Below, in pieces: positions 37,330 through 45,432 of a stretch of 64,000 bases of DNA. Location: the IMG/VR virus record IMGVR_UViG_3300036793_000060, positions 13,090 through 77,089 of that record, one strand, 5' to 3'. The notes under the pieces were generated by a model, which had not been told where the DNA came from, made no database searches, and saw nothing but the letters and a program-made list of their open reading frames with translations. This DNA comes from a virus. Lineage: Duplodnaviria; Caudoviricetes. Positions within the stretch are counted from its first letter, which is position 1; each line of letters starts with the position of its first letter. A program made the position numbers and the translations under genes.

Positions 37330-38336
37330 GAGCCACCGCCGCCGAACGAGCCGGGCTTGGTGTTCTGCGCACGCCTGGCCATCGCCATCGCCTGCGCGGG
37401 GGACAGCTTCCTGGCGATCAGCTTCTTGTAGATCGCCTGGCCGCGCGGGTTCAGCCCGTTGCCGTCGGAGCTGCCGCCGCCGCTGCTGCTGTCGTCGCCG
37501 TCGTCGGTGCTGCCTGCGAACGACCGGACGTTGGTGACGCCCAGCTGGGACAGCAGGTCAGGCTGCGGGGGAGGCCCCTGCAGCGCCATGGCAGGAGGCC
37601 GGGCCGGGTCAAGCGCGGAGCGGTTCCACGTGCCGACCAGCTCCTGCAGCGCCCCGCGCTGGTGGGTGTGCGGGGAAAGCTCTGTGCCGTCGATCAGCGA
37701 CCGCCAGGCCCCGTCGTCGCCCCTGCCCAGCTCTCCGATGTACTCCCCGCCCATCCGGTGTCGGATGACAGCCGTTCCGCCCTGCCCCCTGGTGACGATG
37801 AGGTCACCTGGGTCGCGGACGGGGATGCGCGGCCTGCCGTTGGCCATCAGGACCACGCCGCCGGGCGTGCGCTGCGTCTCGTTGGACAGGCCGGCCCCGC
37901 CGGGTCCTGTCGTCACGGTCACCTGACGTGGCCTGAAGCCAGACCGGGCGGCGTAGTCGCCGCGCGCCGGGGTCTGCAGGTCCGAGGGGGATGCCGGGTC
38001 GCTCGTGTCAGCCGTCCCGCCGCTGACCTGGAAGTCCGCGTTATCCGACCGGTACCCGCAGTTCGGGCACTGGAGCTTGCCCATCGAGGGCATGTCGTCA
38101 ATGTCGTTGTCGCCGTCGTCGGCCAGGCGGAGCACCTGGCCTTCCCAGCCGATGTTCGAGTGGACGTGTGACCCGCCGTGTCGTGACAACCTAGCCATTC
38201 CCTTCCGGCCGTACTTCTTGCGGCCGATCCACGCGGCAAGGGCGCCGGGGTTATGCGCACCGCGAGCAGCCAGGGACGCCGACAGTGCCTTGAAGTTAGC
38301 CCCGCTCCCTGGTGGTGCTCCTGCGGCAGTTGGCAC
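37326..38336 (-). CDS. Head-region protein with ALAAWIGRKKYG motif and Zn ribbon
   Basis: GTG start after GGAGGAG; NPGALAAWIGRKKYG; CPNCG. Confidence 0.75.
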   Translation of the reverse strand: MPTAAGAPPGSGANFKALSASLAARGAHNPGALAAWIGRKKYGRKGMARLSRHGGSHVHSNIGWEGQVLRLADDGDNDIDDMPSMGKLQCPNCGYRSDNADFQVSGGTADTSDPASPSDLQTPARGDYAARSGFRPRQVTVTTGPGGAGLSNETQRTPGGVVLMANGRPRIPVRDPGDLIVTRGQGGTAVIRHRMGGEYIGELGRGDDGAWRSLIDGTELSPHTHQRGALQELVGTWNRSALDPARPPAMALQGPPPQPDLLSQLGVTNVRSFAGSTDDGDDSSSGGGSSDGNGLNPRGQAIYKKLIARKLSPAQAMAMARRAQNTKPGSFGGGGS

Positions 38337-38403
38337 GGATTCTCCTCCAGGTAAGGCCATTGATCGACATAGTACGCTCATCTGCCTGCCTGGCTACTGA
38401 CGA

Positions 38404-41400
38404 TCAGTATCCGGCAGCAGACATTACCTCTCGGGTAAGGCTTGCAGCGCTCATCGCGTCCAGTCCAGCCCCGACCATCTGCCTCGCCAGCTCGGAGCGG
38501 ACCATCCTCACAAGGGCGGGCGTAGCGGCCGGCGTGGCATGCTGCACGGTCTTCTGCGACTTCTTGCGCATCCTCGCCATGCCGTAGACAGCGTCCGCCA
38601 GGGCTGGGCCGGCCGCGCCGACGGTGGCCGCCACGGCTGGGACCACCACGCCCATCATGTCCGGTACCTCGCCGTGCAAGCCGGTGAAGTACGCCCCTAT
38701 CCCGATTACCCCGCCGATCGCGACGCTCATCGCCGTGGTCAGCGCCGACCGCATGCTGTGCCGGGCCTCGTCCTTCGCCTCGATGGCAGCCTGCGACTCC
38801 TCAGCCGCCCTGGCCCGCTTCTCCTCGGCCAGCTCGCGGCCTCGCACGGTGTGCAGCTCGCGTTCTGTCTTCAGGGCGCGCTGAAACTGCTGGCGCTGAG
38901 TGCTCTCCAGCGCGGACATCCTGTCGTGCATGTCGGACATGACCTGCGCCTGTGCCCGCAGCAGGTCACCCAGGTCAGCCCTGACCGGGTCATCGACGCC
39001 GAGCTTGTCCGCCAGCTTGAATGCCGCGTCGTTCATCAGCCTGGTGTGCAGGTCCATGGCCTCGCCTGATGCCCGCCAGCCGCCGGGGGAGTGGCCTGCC
39101 AGGCGCATCTGCTCGACGGCGCCCTTCACGCTGGTGACCTTGCCCGCCGCGACCGCCTTCTGGGCGCGCAGCTCCATCCGCTTCTCGCCCGTCGTCCTCA
39201 CCGGGGTGGCCCTCGGCCGGGGGGTCGCTGCCATGGTCCGCGCCTTGCGCGCACTGCGGACCTGCATCAGCGTCGCGGCTGTCCCCGCAGGGGTGCGGCG
39301 GGGCAGCGGCTCGCCGGGCGCGCTTCCGGCCTTCACCCACCGCCCGTGCGGGCCGCGCAGCTGGCCGGGGTTGAAGTGGTGGAGCACGCCTAGCTCGACG
39401 GCTTGCGCTGCAATCCCTTGCGGATGGCCGTCGCTAGCTTGTCCGCCTCCGCCAGCCTCTCTTCCTCCGTCAGGTCCCAGTAGTCGTCCGGTATAGCCAC
39501 GTGGACCTTGCGAGGGCCAGGCGAGCTGGTGGTCTGTGATGTGCCCGCCACCGCTGCCTCCTGTACTGATCGTCTCGAACGTGTTGAGGTCGAAGATGCC
39601 CACCTGGTCCCGCTCCTTTCCCAGCCGCTCGGCTGTCGCGCGGTCTGGGACGTTCTGCGAGGGGTCGAGCCACAGCTTGCCGTCTTCCACCCATCCACCA
39701 AGGTACATGTCGTGCCCCTTGAAGGACTCCTTCTCCTTCACCAGCAGGTCGTCGATGGCGTGCCGCAGCTTCACCTGGTCATCGAGGATCTCCGCCGGGT
39801 ACCGGTGCGTGTGGCCCTCCAGCGCGACCATGAACCCGCCCGGCGGCGATTCCCCTGTGCGAGGGGATACCGAGAACCCCTCGCGGTTCTTGCTCATCGT
39901 CTCCTCGGCCTCGCGGGCGCCGGGGAACCGCGACCACCGGCCGCGCGAGTCCCGTGGCTGGAGCGGGTCGAAGTGCAGGCCCAGCTCGATCACCTGGTCA
40001 TACACGGAGTTGCTCAGGATTCCCGCCTGGTTAAGCTCGCCCGGCCATAGCGCCTTCTGGCCCTCCTTGACGATCTTCCACCGGGGCGCGCGGTACTCCG
40101 CCAGGGTGGTCCCCCTGGTGACCTGCCCCTCGGGCTTCACCTCGTAGACCCAGCCCTTCGGGCCGCCCTCCGGCTTCCCTGCGTCGAACCACTTCCTCTT
40201 CGCGGCGTCTGTCGCGTAGCCGTGCGCCTCGCGCAGGTTGGTGGTCGTCGCCTGCGTGCCGTGCATGTCGAAACCCCAGCTCTTGTCATGCCCTGGCTCG
40301 ATGTAGTCACCGACGCCGAGCTTCGCCCCTGAGCCGTGGTAGAACGTGGTCTCCGAGACCCACTTGCCGAGCGGGTCGCGTGGCTCGTGATCGTCGAATC
40401 CCAGCTCGATTGCCTGGCCCCAGATGCCTGCCAGCGCCGTGGTGCCGTGCTGGACGTCCAGGTTGTGCGCGGCGGCGTAGGAGTCCCAGTTGTCCCAGAA
40501 GTTGGCCACCGAGGTCGCCCTGCCCTTGGCTGACTTCCACGGCGTGCCCTTCTGCGCTGCCTGGATGAGCAGCTGGTCCTCCGCGTTGTTGACCCGCTGC
40601 TGGCGCTGCCAGGTGATCGCCTGCAGCTGGTGCGGGGATACGTCCTCGCCCTCAGATCGCAGCTGCTCAGCGGCCTGCCGGTACATGTCGGCGATGTGCG
40701 CGTAGCCCTGCGGGGAGTCAACGGGGGCCTGGTCCTCCTTGACCTTGCCGTCCACGTCGTCCTTGAGCAGCCGCTTGCCGGCCGCCACCGACAGGGCGTG
40801 CCGGTCGATGACCACCTCGCCGTCGCTCTCGCCGGGCAGGTCACCGCCGTTGCGGATGAGCCGGTAGAACGCCCTGGTCTTGGGCGAGGGGAAGGCGGCG
40901 TCGCCGGTCTTCCCGTCCATGATCGCCTGGGCTGTGTCCTTGATCCGCCCGGTGACGCCGATGCCCTTGTCGACGGGGTGGCCCAGCTCGATGCTGCGCG
41001 CCGCGTTCATCATGTTGACCGGCCACGCGGTCTGGGGCGAGAAGACGCTCAGCAGCGCGGCGCCCTTGTCCGCGTCCCCGCTGCCGAGCATCCGCCCGAG
41101 CAGGTGCGCGTCCGAGTACCAGCGCTTGCCTGTCTCGCGCTCGTCCGGCGTCGAGTCGTGATAGGCATCGACGATGTTCTTCGCCGACATCTGGTGCTTC
41201 GCGAAGAACGGGTGGTCAGCCGGGTCGCTGATTACGCTGCCGTCCTTGCGCCGCCTGATCAGCCGGTCATGGTCGGGCACCTTGTAGTCCGTGCCCGGCG
41301 TGTCCCAGTGCGGGTCCTCAGACTCCCTGGTGCTTGCGTCCCGCGTCCACTCCCCGTGGCGGTTACGGTGCTCAAGGGGGTCGAACCGCCAGCCCAGCTC

Positions 41401-42279
41401 GGTGACGGCCGGGGGCGGCGGCGCCTGGATCATGGCCAGCTCGATGGTGTGCGCGGTGTCGTCTCGGGCCAACACCTGGTACCTGCTGCCCCGTGGCAGC
41501 ACCCACTCTCCCAGGTCGCCTTCGCCCGGCATGACGTGCTGGCCGACCTTCGCGTGCACGATCACGTGGTACGGGGTGCCCGTGTGCTTGCGTGCCTCGG
41601 GATCGAGCACCGACGGGATCTGCGACCTGAACCGGGCGAACTGGTCAGCCCACTCAGACGACACGCTGGTGGACGTGTAGTTCGGGTCGGTGAACTGCGC
41701 GCCCGGCTTCATCTTCTCCGACAGTGCCGGGGTCATCGCGATGCCCCGGTGAAAGTCCGTGTCCTCGGCCAGCGAGTGCCTGGACTCCGCGCTGTCCAGC
41801 TTGTTAATGGCATCCTTGACGACAAGCTCGTCCTTTATGCTCCCCCGGAGCAGTGACTTGTCACCGCGCAGCAGCCCGGCGATTAGCGCATTGTCGCCGG
41901 GCGCTACGTAGTCCTCTATTGCCGTCTTCTCATTGGGTGTGTACTCACGCCCGGTTAGCTCGCTGTCCAGGTGCGGCGGCGCTGGCTGGAATCCGAAGTA
42001 CTTAGGCGGGATGGTGCCGCGCGGGTCGAGGAACCTGCCCGTGCTGTCGCTTGCCTCGTAGGGGAAGTCGACGGTCTTCCCGCCCTTGAACCGCACCGTG
42101 GCCTTGTGCTCGTCCTCGAACACGTCCGTAACCTGGCCCCTGCCGTAGTCCGGGTGCTGTACTCGGCGTCCGACCGGTGCCATCCCTGACAGGCTCCCGA
42201 CGATCCACCGCCCGTGCGACCCTCGAAGCTCGTGCTCCCAGGCAGCCAGGTCGAGCTGCTCGGATATCTGCGCGGTCAT
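38404..42279 (-). CDS. ~1291-aa polyvalent virion cargo protein (SH3-like, VIP2-type ART, DUF7178/HhH-like, Arr-type ART, SAM-lyase-like, coil plus TM)
   Basis: FHRG/YTSTS/GEWVLPRG; KRWY..SPQTAW..KTRAFY..IDRHA..QAITW; FYHGS...VYEVKPEG; GGW..LWLD..LG...DQVGIFDL. Start re-chosen at ATG 42279. Confidence 0.85.
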   Translation of the reverse strand: MTAQISEQLDLAAWEHELRGSHGRWIVGSLSGMAPVGRRVQHPDYGRGQVTDVFEDEHKATVRFKGGKTVDFPYEASDSTGRFLDPRGTIPPKYFGFQPAPPHLDSELTGREYTPNEKTAIEDYVAPGDNALIAGLLRGDKSLLRGSIKDELVVKDAINKLDSAESRHSLAEDTDFHRGIAMTPALSEKMKPGAQFTDPNYTSTSVSSEWADQFARFRSQIPSVLDPEARKHTGTPYHVIVHAKVGQHVMPGEGDLGEWVLPRGSRYQVLARDDTAHTIELAMIQAPPPPAVTELGWRFDPLEHRNRHGEWTRDASTRESEDPHWDTPGTDYKVPDHDRLIRRRKDGSVISDPADHPFFAKHQMSAKNIVDAYHDSTPDERETGKRWYSDAHLLGRMLGSGDADKGAALLSVFSPQTAWPVNMMNAARSIELGHPVDKGIGVTGRIKDTAQAIMDGKTGDAAFPSPKTRAFYRLIRNGGDLPGESDGEVVIDRHALSVAAGKRLLKDDVDGKVKEDQAPVDSPQGYAHIADMYRQAAEQLRSEGEDVSPHQLQAITWQRQQRVNNAEDQLLIQAAQKGTPWKSAKGRATSVANFWDNWDSYAAAHNLDVQHGTTALAGIWGQAIELGFDDHEPRDPLGKWVSETTFYHGSGAKLGVGDYIEPGHDKSWGFDMHGTQATTTNLREAHGYATDAAKRKWFDAGKPEGGPKGWVYEVKPEGQVTRGTTLAEYRAPRWKIVKEGQKALWPGELNQAGILSNSVYDQVIELGLHFDPLQPRDSRGRWSRFPGAREAEETMSKNREGFSVSPRTGESPPGGFMVALEGHTHRYPAEILDDQVKLRHAIDDLLVKEKESFKGHDMYLGGWVEDGKLWLDPSQNVPDRATAERLGKERDQVGIFDLNTFETISTGGSGGGHITDHQLAWPSQGPRGYTGRLLGPDGGREAGGGGQASDGHPQGIAAQAVELGVLHHFNPGQLRGPHGRWVKAGSAPGEPLPRRTPAGTAATLMQVRSARKARTMAATPRPRATPVRTTGEKRMELRAQKAVAAGKVTSVKGAVEQMRLAGHSPGGWRASGEAMDLHTRLMNDAAFKLADKLGVDDPVRADLGDLLRAQAQVMSDMHDRMSALESTQRQQFQRALKTERELHTVRGRELAEEKRARAAEESQAAIEAKDEARHSMRSALTTAMSVAIGGVIGIGAYFTGLHGEVPDMMGVVVPAVAATVGAAGPALADAVYGMARMRKKSQKTVQHATPAATPALVRMVRSELARQMVGAGLDAMSAASLTREVMSAAGY

Positions 42280-42539
42280 GAGAAGTCCAGGTCGCTCTCG
42301 CCCCAGGTGAACCGGGGCGCGTGCTGCTCGGTCGTCACCTCGGGCTGGCCTACGGTTCCCTTCAGCCTGGCCAGCATGGTGCCCGCGTCCTGGACCTGCA
42401 TGAGGGCCTTGCCGTCGGGCAGCGTCTGGGCCAGGGCGCCGACCTGCCTGATTGCCTCGTCCACCCGGCCTGCCGGGTCTTCCCACGCCCAGCTGGCGAT
42501 GTCCGCCGCCTGCTGCCCCTCGGGGGTGAGCTGGATCAT
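42276..42539 (-). CDS. Hypothetical 87-aa protein
   Basis: ATGA overlaps at both ends. Confidence 0.7.
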   Translation of the reverse strand: MIQLTPEGQQAADIASWAWEDPAGRVDEAIRQVGALAQTLPDGKALMQVQDAGTMLARLKGTVGQPEVTTEQHAPRFTWGESDLDFS

Positions 42540-44683
42540 GGCCTCGCCGCCTCTGGGTGCCTCTGTATGGCCAGTGCGTACGCCTGCGCTGCCTGCAGCG
42601 CGCGGTCGTACGCATCGCTCATCTGTACCACGGCATCCCCGCCGATCTTCGGATTCGGGCCTATCTCTCGGAGCGCGGCCTTCGTGATAGACGGGTCAGG
42701 GACGTCATTGCCTGTCGCAAGCATGGCGACCTGCGTGGCCATGGCCCACCGCTTGCCTGCCGGCCCCTGCCGGTTGATCTCGTCGGAGACCGCCCGGATG
42801 CCCTCCGGCCCGTTGCCCCTCGCGTCGGCCACCAGCCTGGCCCACTGGTAGGCGGCTGCCGTCTGCTGCGGGTAGTGACCCCACGCGTCGCCGTTCATGA
42901 TGCGGTCGGGATTCTGCAGGCGCTCCGCGTACTCGCTCAGGGTGGCGTGCTTCTGGCTGCCCAGGGCCTTCCACTCGCCGATCATCTTCCTCAGCCTGTC
43001 GGCGTCCCCGGAGAACTCCGGCCAGCCGGAGTGCTGGAGCTTGGACAGGTGCGACAGCGCATTGACGTCGTCGTGGTACACCGCGATGTACATCCGCACG
43101 TCGCCCAGTGACCGCGCGATCTCCAGGGCCTGCGCCTGGCCGTGCGGGAGCGACGAGTCCGCCAGCCTCCTCTGGATGTCGCCGATCGCCTTCTTGATCT
43201 CGCCCAGCTTGGCCAGCGCCTCCGGGTTGTCGACCGGGGCGCCGTTCTCGTCTACTGCGGTAATCGGCGTGGGACGGCCTCCCACGCCCATCGCATCGAA
43301 GAACTCCGGGGCGTGGAATATGGCCCCCAGCTCGGTATTGCCCTCCTCGATCGCCGCATTAGTCGGGTCCTGGTAGGCGGACATGTGCGCCTTGTAGCTC
43401 TCCGGCGCCTTGGGAATGGCGCTCACGCCCTTTGCTGACAGCCGCCATTCCTCGGGCTTCACTGTAATTACGCCCGCGTAGTTCTTCTCCGTCCGCTGCT
43501 CACGGTGCTCCAGGTACCCGCTGTCCGACAGGCTGGCGAGGGTGATGTCACTGGCGTCGGACAGCCCGTGCTCGGCTTGCAGCTCGGCCAGCGAGTGATA
43601 TGAGCCTTCCGGGCCGTCCCGGTACGTGAACGAGTCCATGTGGTCGAACGCCAGCAGGGCGTCGGACTGCCTCTGCGTGACGCCGGGAACCGTCCGGTCT
43701 GTGCTGCCGGGGAGCGTCCCGTGGATCAGCTCGTGCAGCTGGATCATGAGTGCCTCGGGGTGCTTGACCTCGCCGTCGGACTCCATGTCCTCGCGCACCT
43801 GGGCGGCGATCACGTCGGAGACGCGCATCCGCCCGTCCCAGTCCAGGTCAGCCTCCAGGTACGGGTTGCCCGAGGCGGCGAAGACTCCTAGCTGGCCGTT
43901 CCACGCGCTGTGCTCCCTGCCGCCGAGCAGGCCGGGCGCCCTGCCGCTGAGCAGGCCGGGCACGATCTTGGCTGCCTTGTCCGCCCACTTCAGCGCGTAC
44001 TCCTGGTCAGTGCCCTTCTGGACGACGTCGCCCTGCATCATGTTCACCCGGTGGATCAGCGACCTCAGTCGCTTCTCCTGGTTCAGGTCCCGCTTGTCGT
44101 GGGCCAGGTCAGCGGCCAGGCCTATGAAGTGCGCAGCCTTACCCCTGTAGTTCGTGTTCGGGTCGGACGCCTCCAGCACGCGCGCCGCCCAGCGCAGCCG
44201 CTCGCCGATGTCGTCGTTGCCCATGTCCTCGGCGCCCTTGGCCTCCTTGAGGATCTGGTTGCGCAGGTCGGCGTCGGTGGAGAACTTCTCCGGCTTGGGC
44301 GTGGTGTCCTTGCGGGATTCCCTCGTGATCTCGTCAATCATCGACTTCAGCGTCTCCGGGCTGCCCATCCCGCTCGCGCTGGGCTTCTCGGTGATCAGCT
44401 TGATGGCCGTCCGCAGGTGCTTCTTCGCGTCCAGCGGCTTGCCGTCCTGCAGCGCCCGGTCAGCGTCTCCCATGATCTGGCTGAAGATCGGCCACGCCCC
44501 CGGCTCACCGCCGAGCATCTGCAGCCTCTTGCTGACGCTGGAGTAGTCGGGGCCGCCGGATCCCCCGCTCCTGGCCCACTCACCGTTCTTCCCGCGCAGC
44601 TCGTGCATCCAGGCGGTCTCCCACCCCGCCAGGTCCAGCTGCTCGCTGATCAGCCCAGCGTGGCCAGTTCGATCGCCGTCCAC
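42536..44683 (-). CDS. Cargo protein with a zincin-like metallopeptidase motif
   Basis: QLHELIHG (HExxH) and downstream IEEGNTE; N-terminal QLDLA..ELRGKNGEW; RBS GGGAGG. Confidence 0.8.
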   Translation of the reverse strand: MDGDRTGHAGLISEQLDLAGWETAWMHELRGKNGEWARSGGSGGPDYSSVSKRLQMLGGEPGAWPIFSQIMGDADRALQDGKPLDAKKHLRTAIKLITEKPSASGMGSPETLKSMIDEITRESRKDTTPKPEKFSTDADLRNQILKEAKGAEDMGNDDIGERLRWAARVLEASDPNTNYRGKAAHFIGLAADLAHDKRDLNQEKRLRSLIHRVNMMQGDVVQKGTDQEYALKWADKAAKIVPGLLSGRAPGLLGGREHSAWNGQLGVFAASGNPYLEADLDWDGRMRVSDVIAAQVREDMESDGEVKHPEALMIQLHELIHGTLPGSTDRTVPGVTQRQSDALLAFDHMDSFTYRDGPEGSYHSLAELQAEHGLSDASDITLASLSDSGYLEHREQRTEKNYAGVITVKPEEWRLSAKGVSAIPKAPESYKAHMSAYQDPTNAAIEEGNTELGAIFHAPEFFDAMGVGGRPTPITAVDENGAPVDNPEALAKLGEIKKAIGDIQRRLADSSLPHGQAQALEIARSLGDVRMYIAVYHDDVNALSHLSKLQHSGWPEFSGDADRLRKMIGEWKALGSQKHATLSEYAERLQNPDRIMNGDAWGHYPQQTAAAYQWARLVADARGNGPEGIRAVSDEINRQGPAGKRWAMATQVAMLATGNDVPDPSITKAALREIGPNPKIGGDAVVQMSDAYDRALQAAQAYALAIQRHPEAARP

Positions 44684-45432
44684 GTGTCCTCCCAGCTCAG
44701 CCTCGCGTTCCGCCGCCTGTTCGCCGCCTGCTGGGCGATCAGCCTCCGCCGCGACTCGCCGGACGCGTACGCCTGGGCCTGCGCGGTTCGCCTCAGCGAC
44801 TCGGCGTTGTCGGCCGGGTTGCGGGCCAGCCCCTCGTTCATGGGCAGCTTCCGCAGCTTGTCGGCCGCCGCCGACAGCCGGTCGGAGTACTCCGGGCGCA
44901 TCCGCCGCTCAGTGGCCGAGTCTGCCTTCAGCGTCCCGGCGTGCACGCGCGCCAGGGACGGCTGGCCTCGCTCGATCATGGTGGCCGCGCGCCGGAGCGT
45001 CCTGGCCGTCTCGGACTCGGGGACCTTGTCCGGTGACGTGCCGCCGGCCCGCTGCATGTCGTGGAAGCTGGCGCCGCCGCCGTGCGTCTTGAGCAGGTTG
45101 TAGTTCTCCACCTGCCTGCGGTCGGCCTCCGCCGCCAGCGCCCTCAGCTCCTTCGCGTGCTCGGGCGACCCCGCGCTGGCGGGCATCGCCTTGTGCGCGA
45201 GGGCGCCGCGCGAACCCTCGCTGGACCGCGCCACGCCGACGGACTTCTCGCCGAACCCGCGCCTTCGCAGCGAGTTGCCCCGCAGGTCGACGCCATGCCG
45301 GCCGCCGGGCGGGACAGACGGCAGGCCTGGGCCGCCGACGTACCGCCAGCCGTGCACGTACCCCTTAGGCCCGGCCAGCTCGACCGCGCCAGCCCCCAGG
45401 ACTGCGAGCAGGATGGCCTCATCGATGTTCAC
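44650..45432 (-). CDS. Basic head-region protein
   Basis: VELAGPKGYVHGW at the N-terminus; AIELA at the C-terminus. Confidence 0.75.
   Translation of the reverse strand: MNIDEAILLAVLGAGAVELAGPKGYVHGWRYVGGPGLPSVPPGGRHGVDLRGNSLRRRGFGEKSVGVARSSEGSRGALAHKAMPASAGSPEHAKELRALAAEADRRQVENYNLLKTHGGGASFHDMQRAGGTSPDKVPESETARTLRRAATMIERGQPSLARVHAGTLKADSATERRMRPEYSDRLSAAADKLRKLPMNEGLARNPADNAESLRRTAQAQAYASGESRRRLIAQQAANRRRNARLSWEDTWTAIELATLG

Noticed and set aside
38336-38381. N-terminal extension with an in-frame TTA on the 37326 gene
   Set aside because: The GTG at 38336 has a strong GGAGGAG RBS, while the upstream ATGs have weak ones and no matched landing codon.
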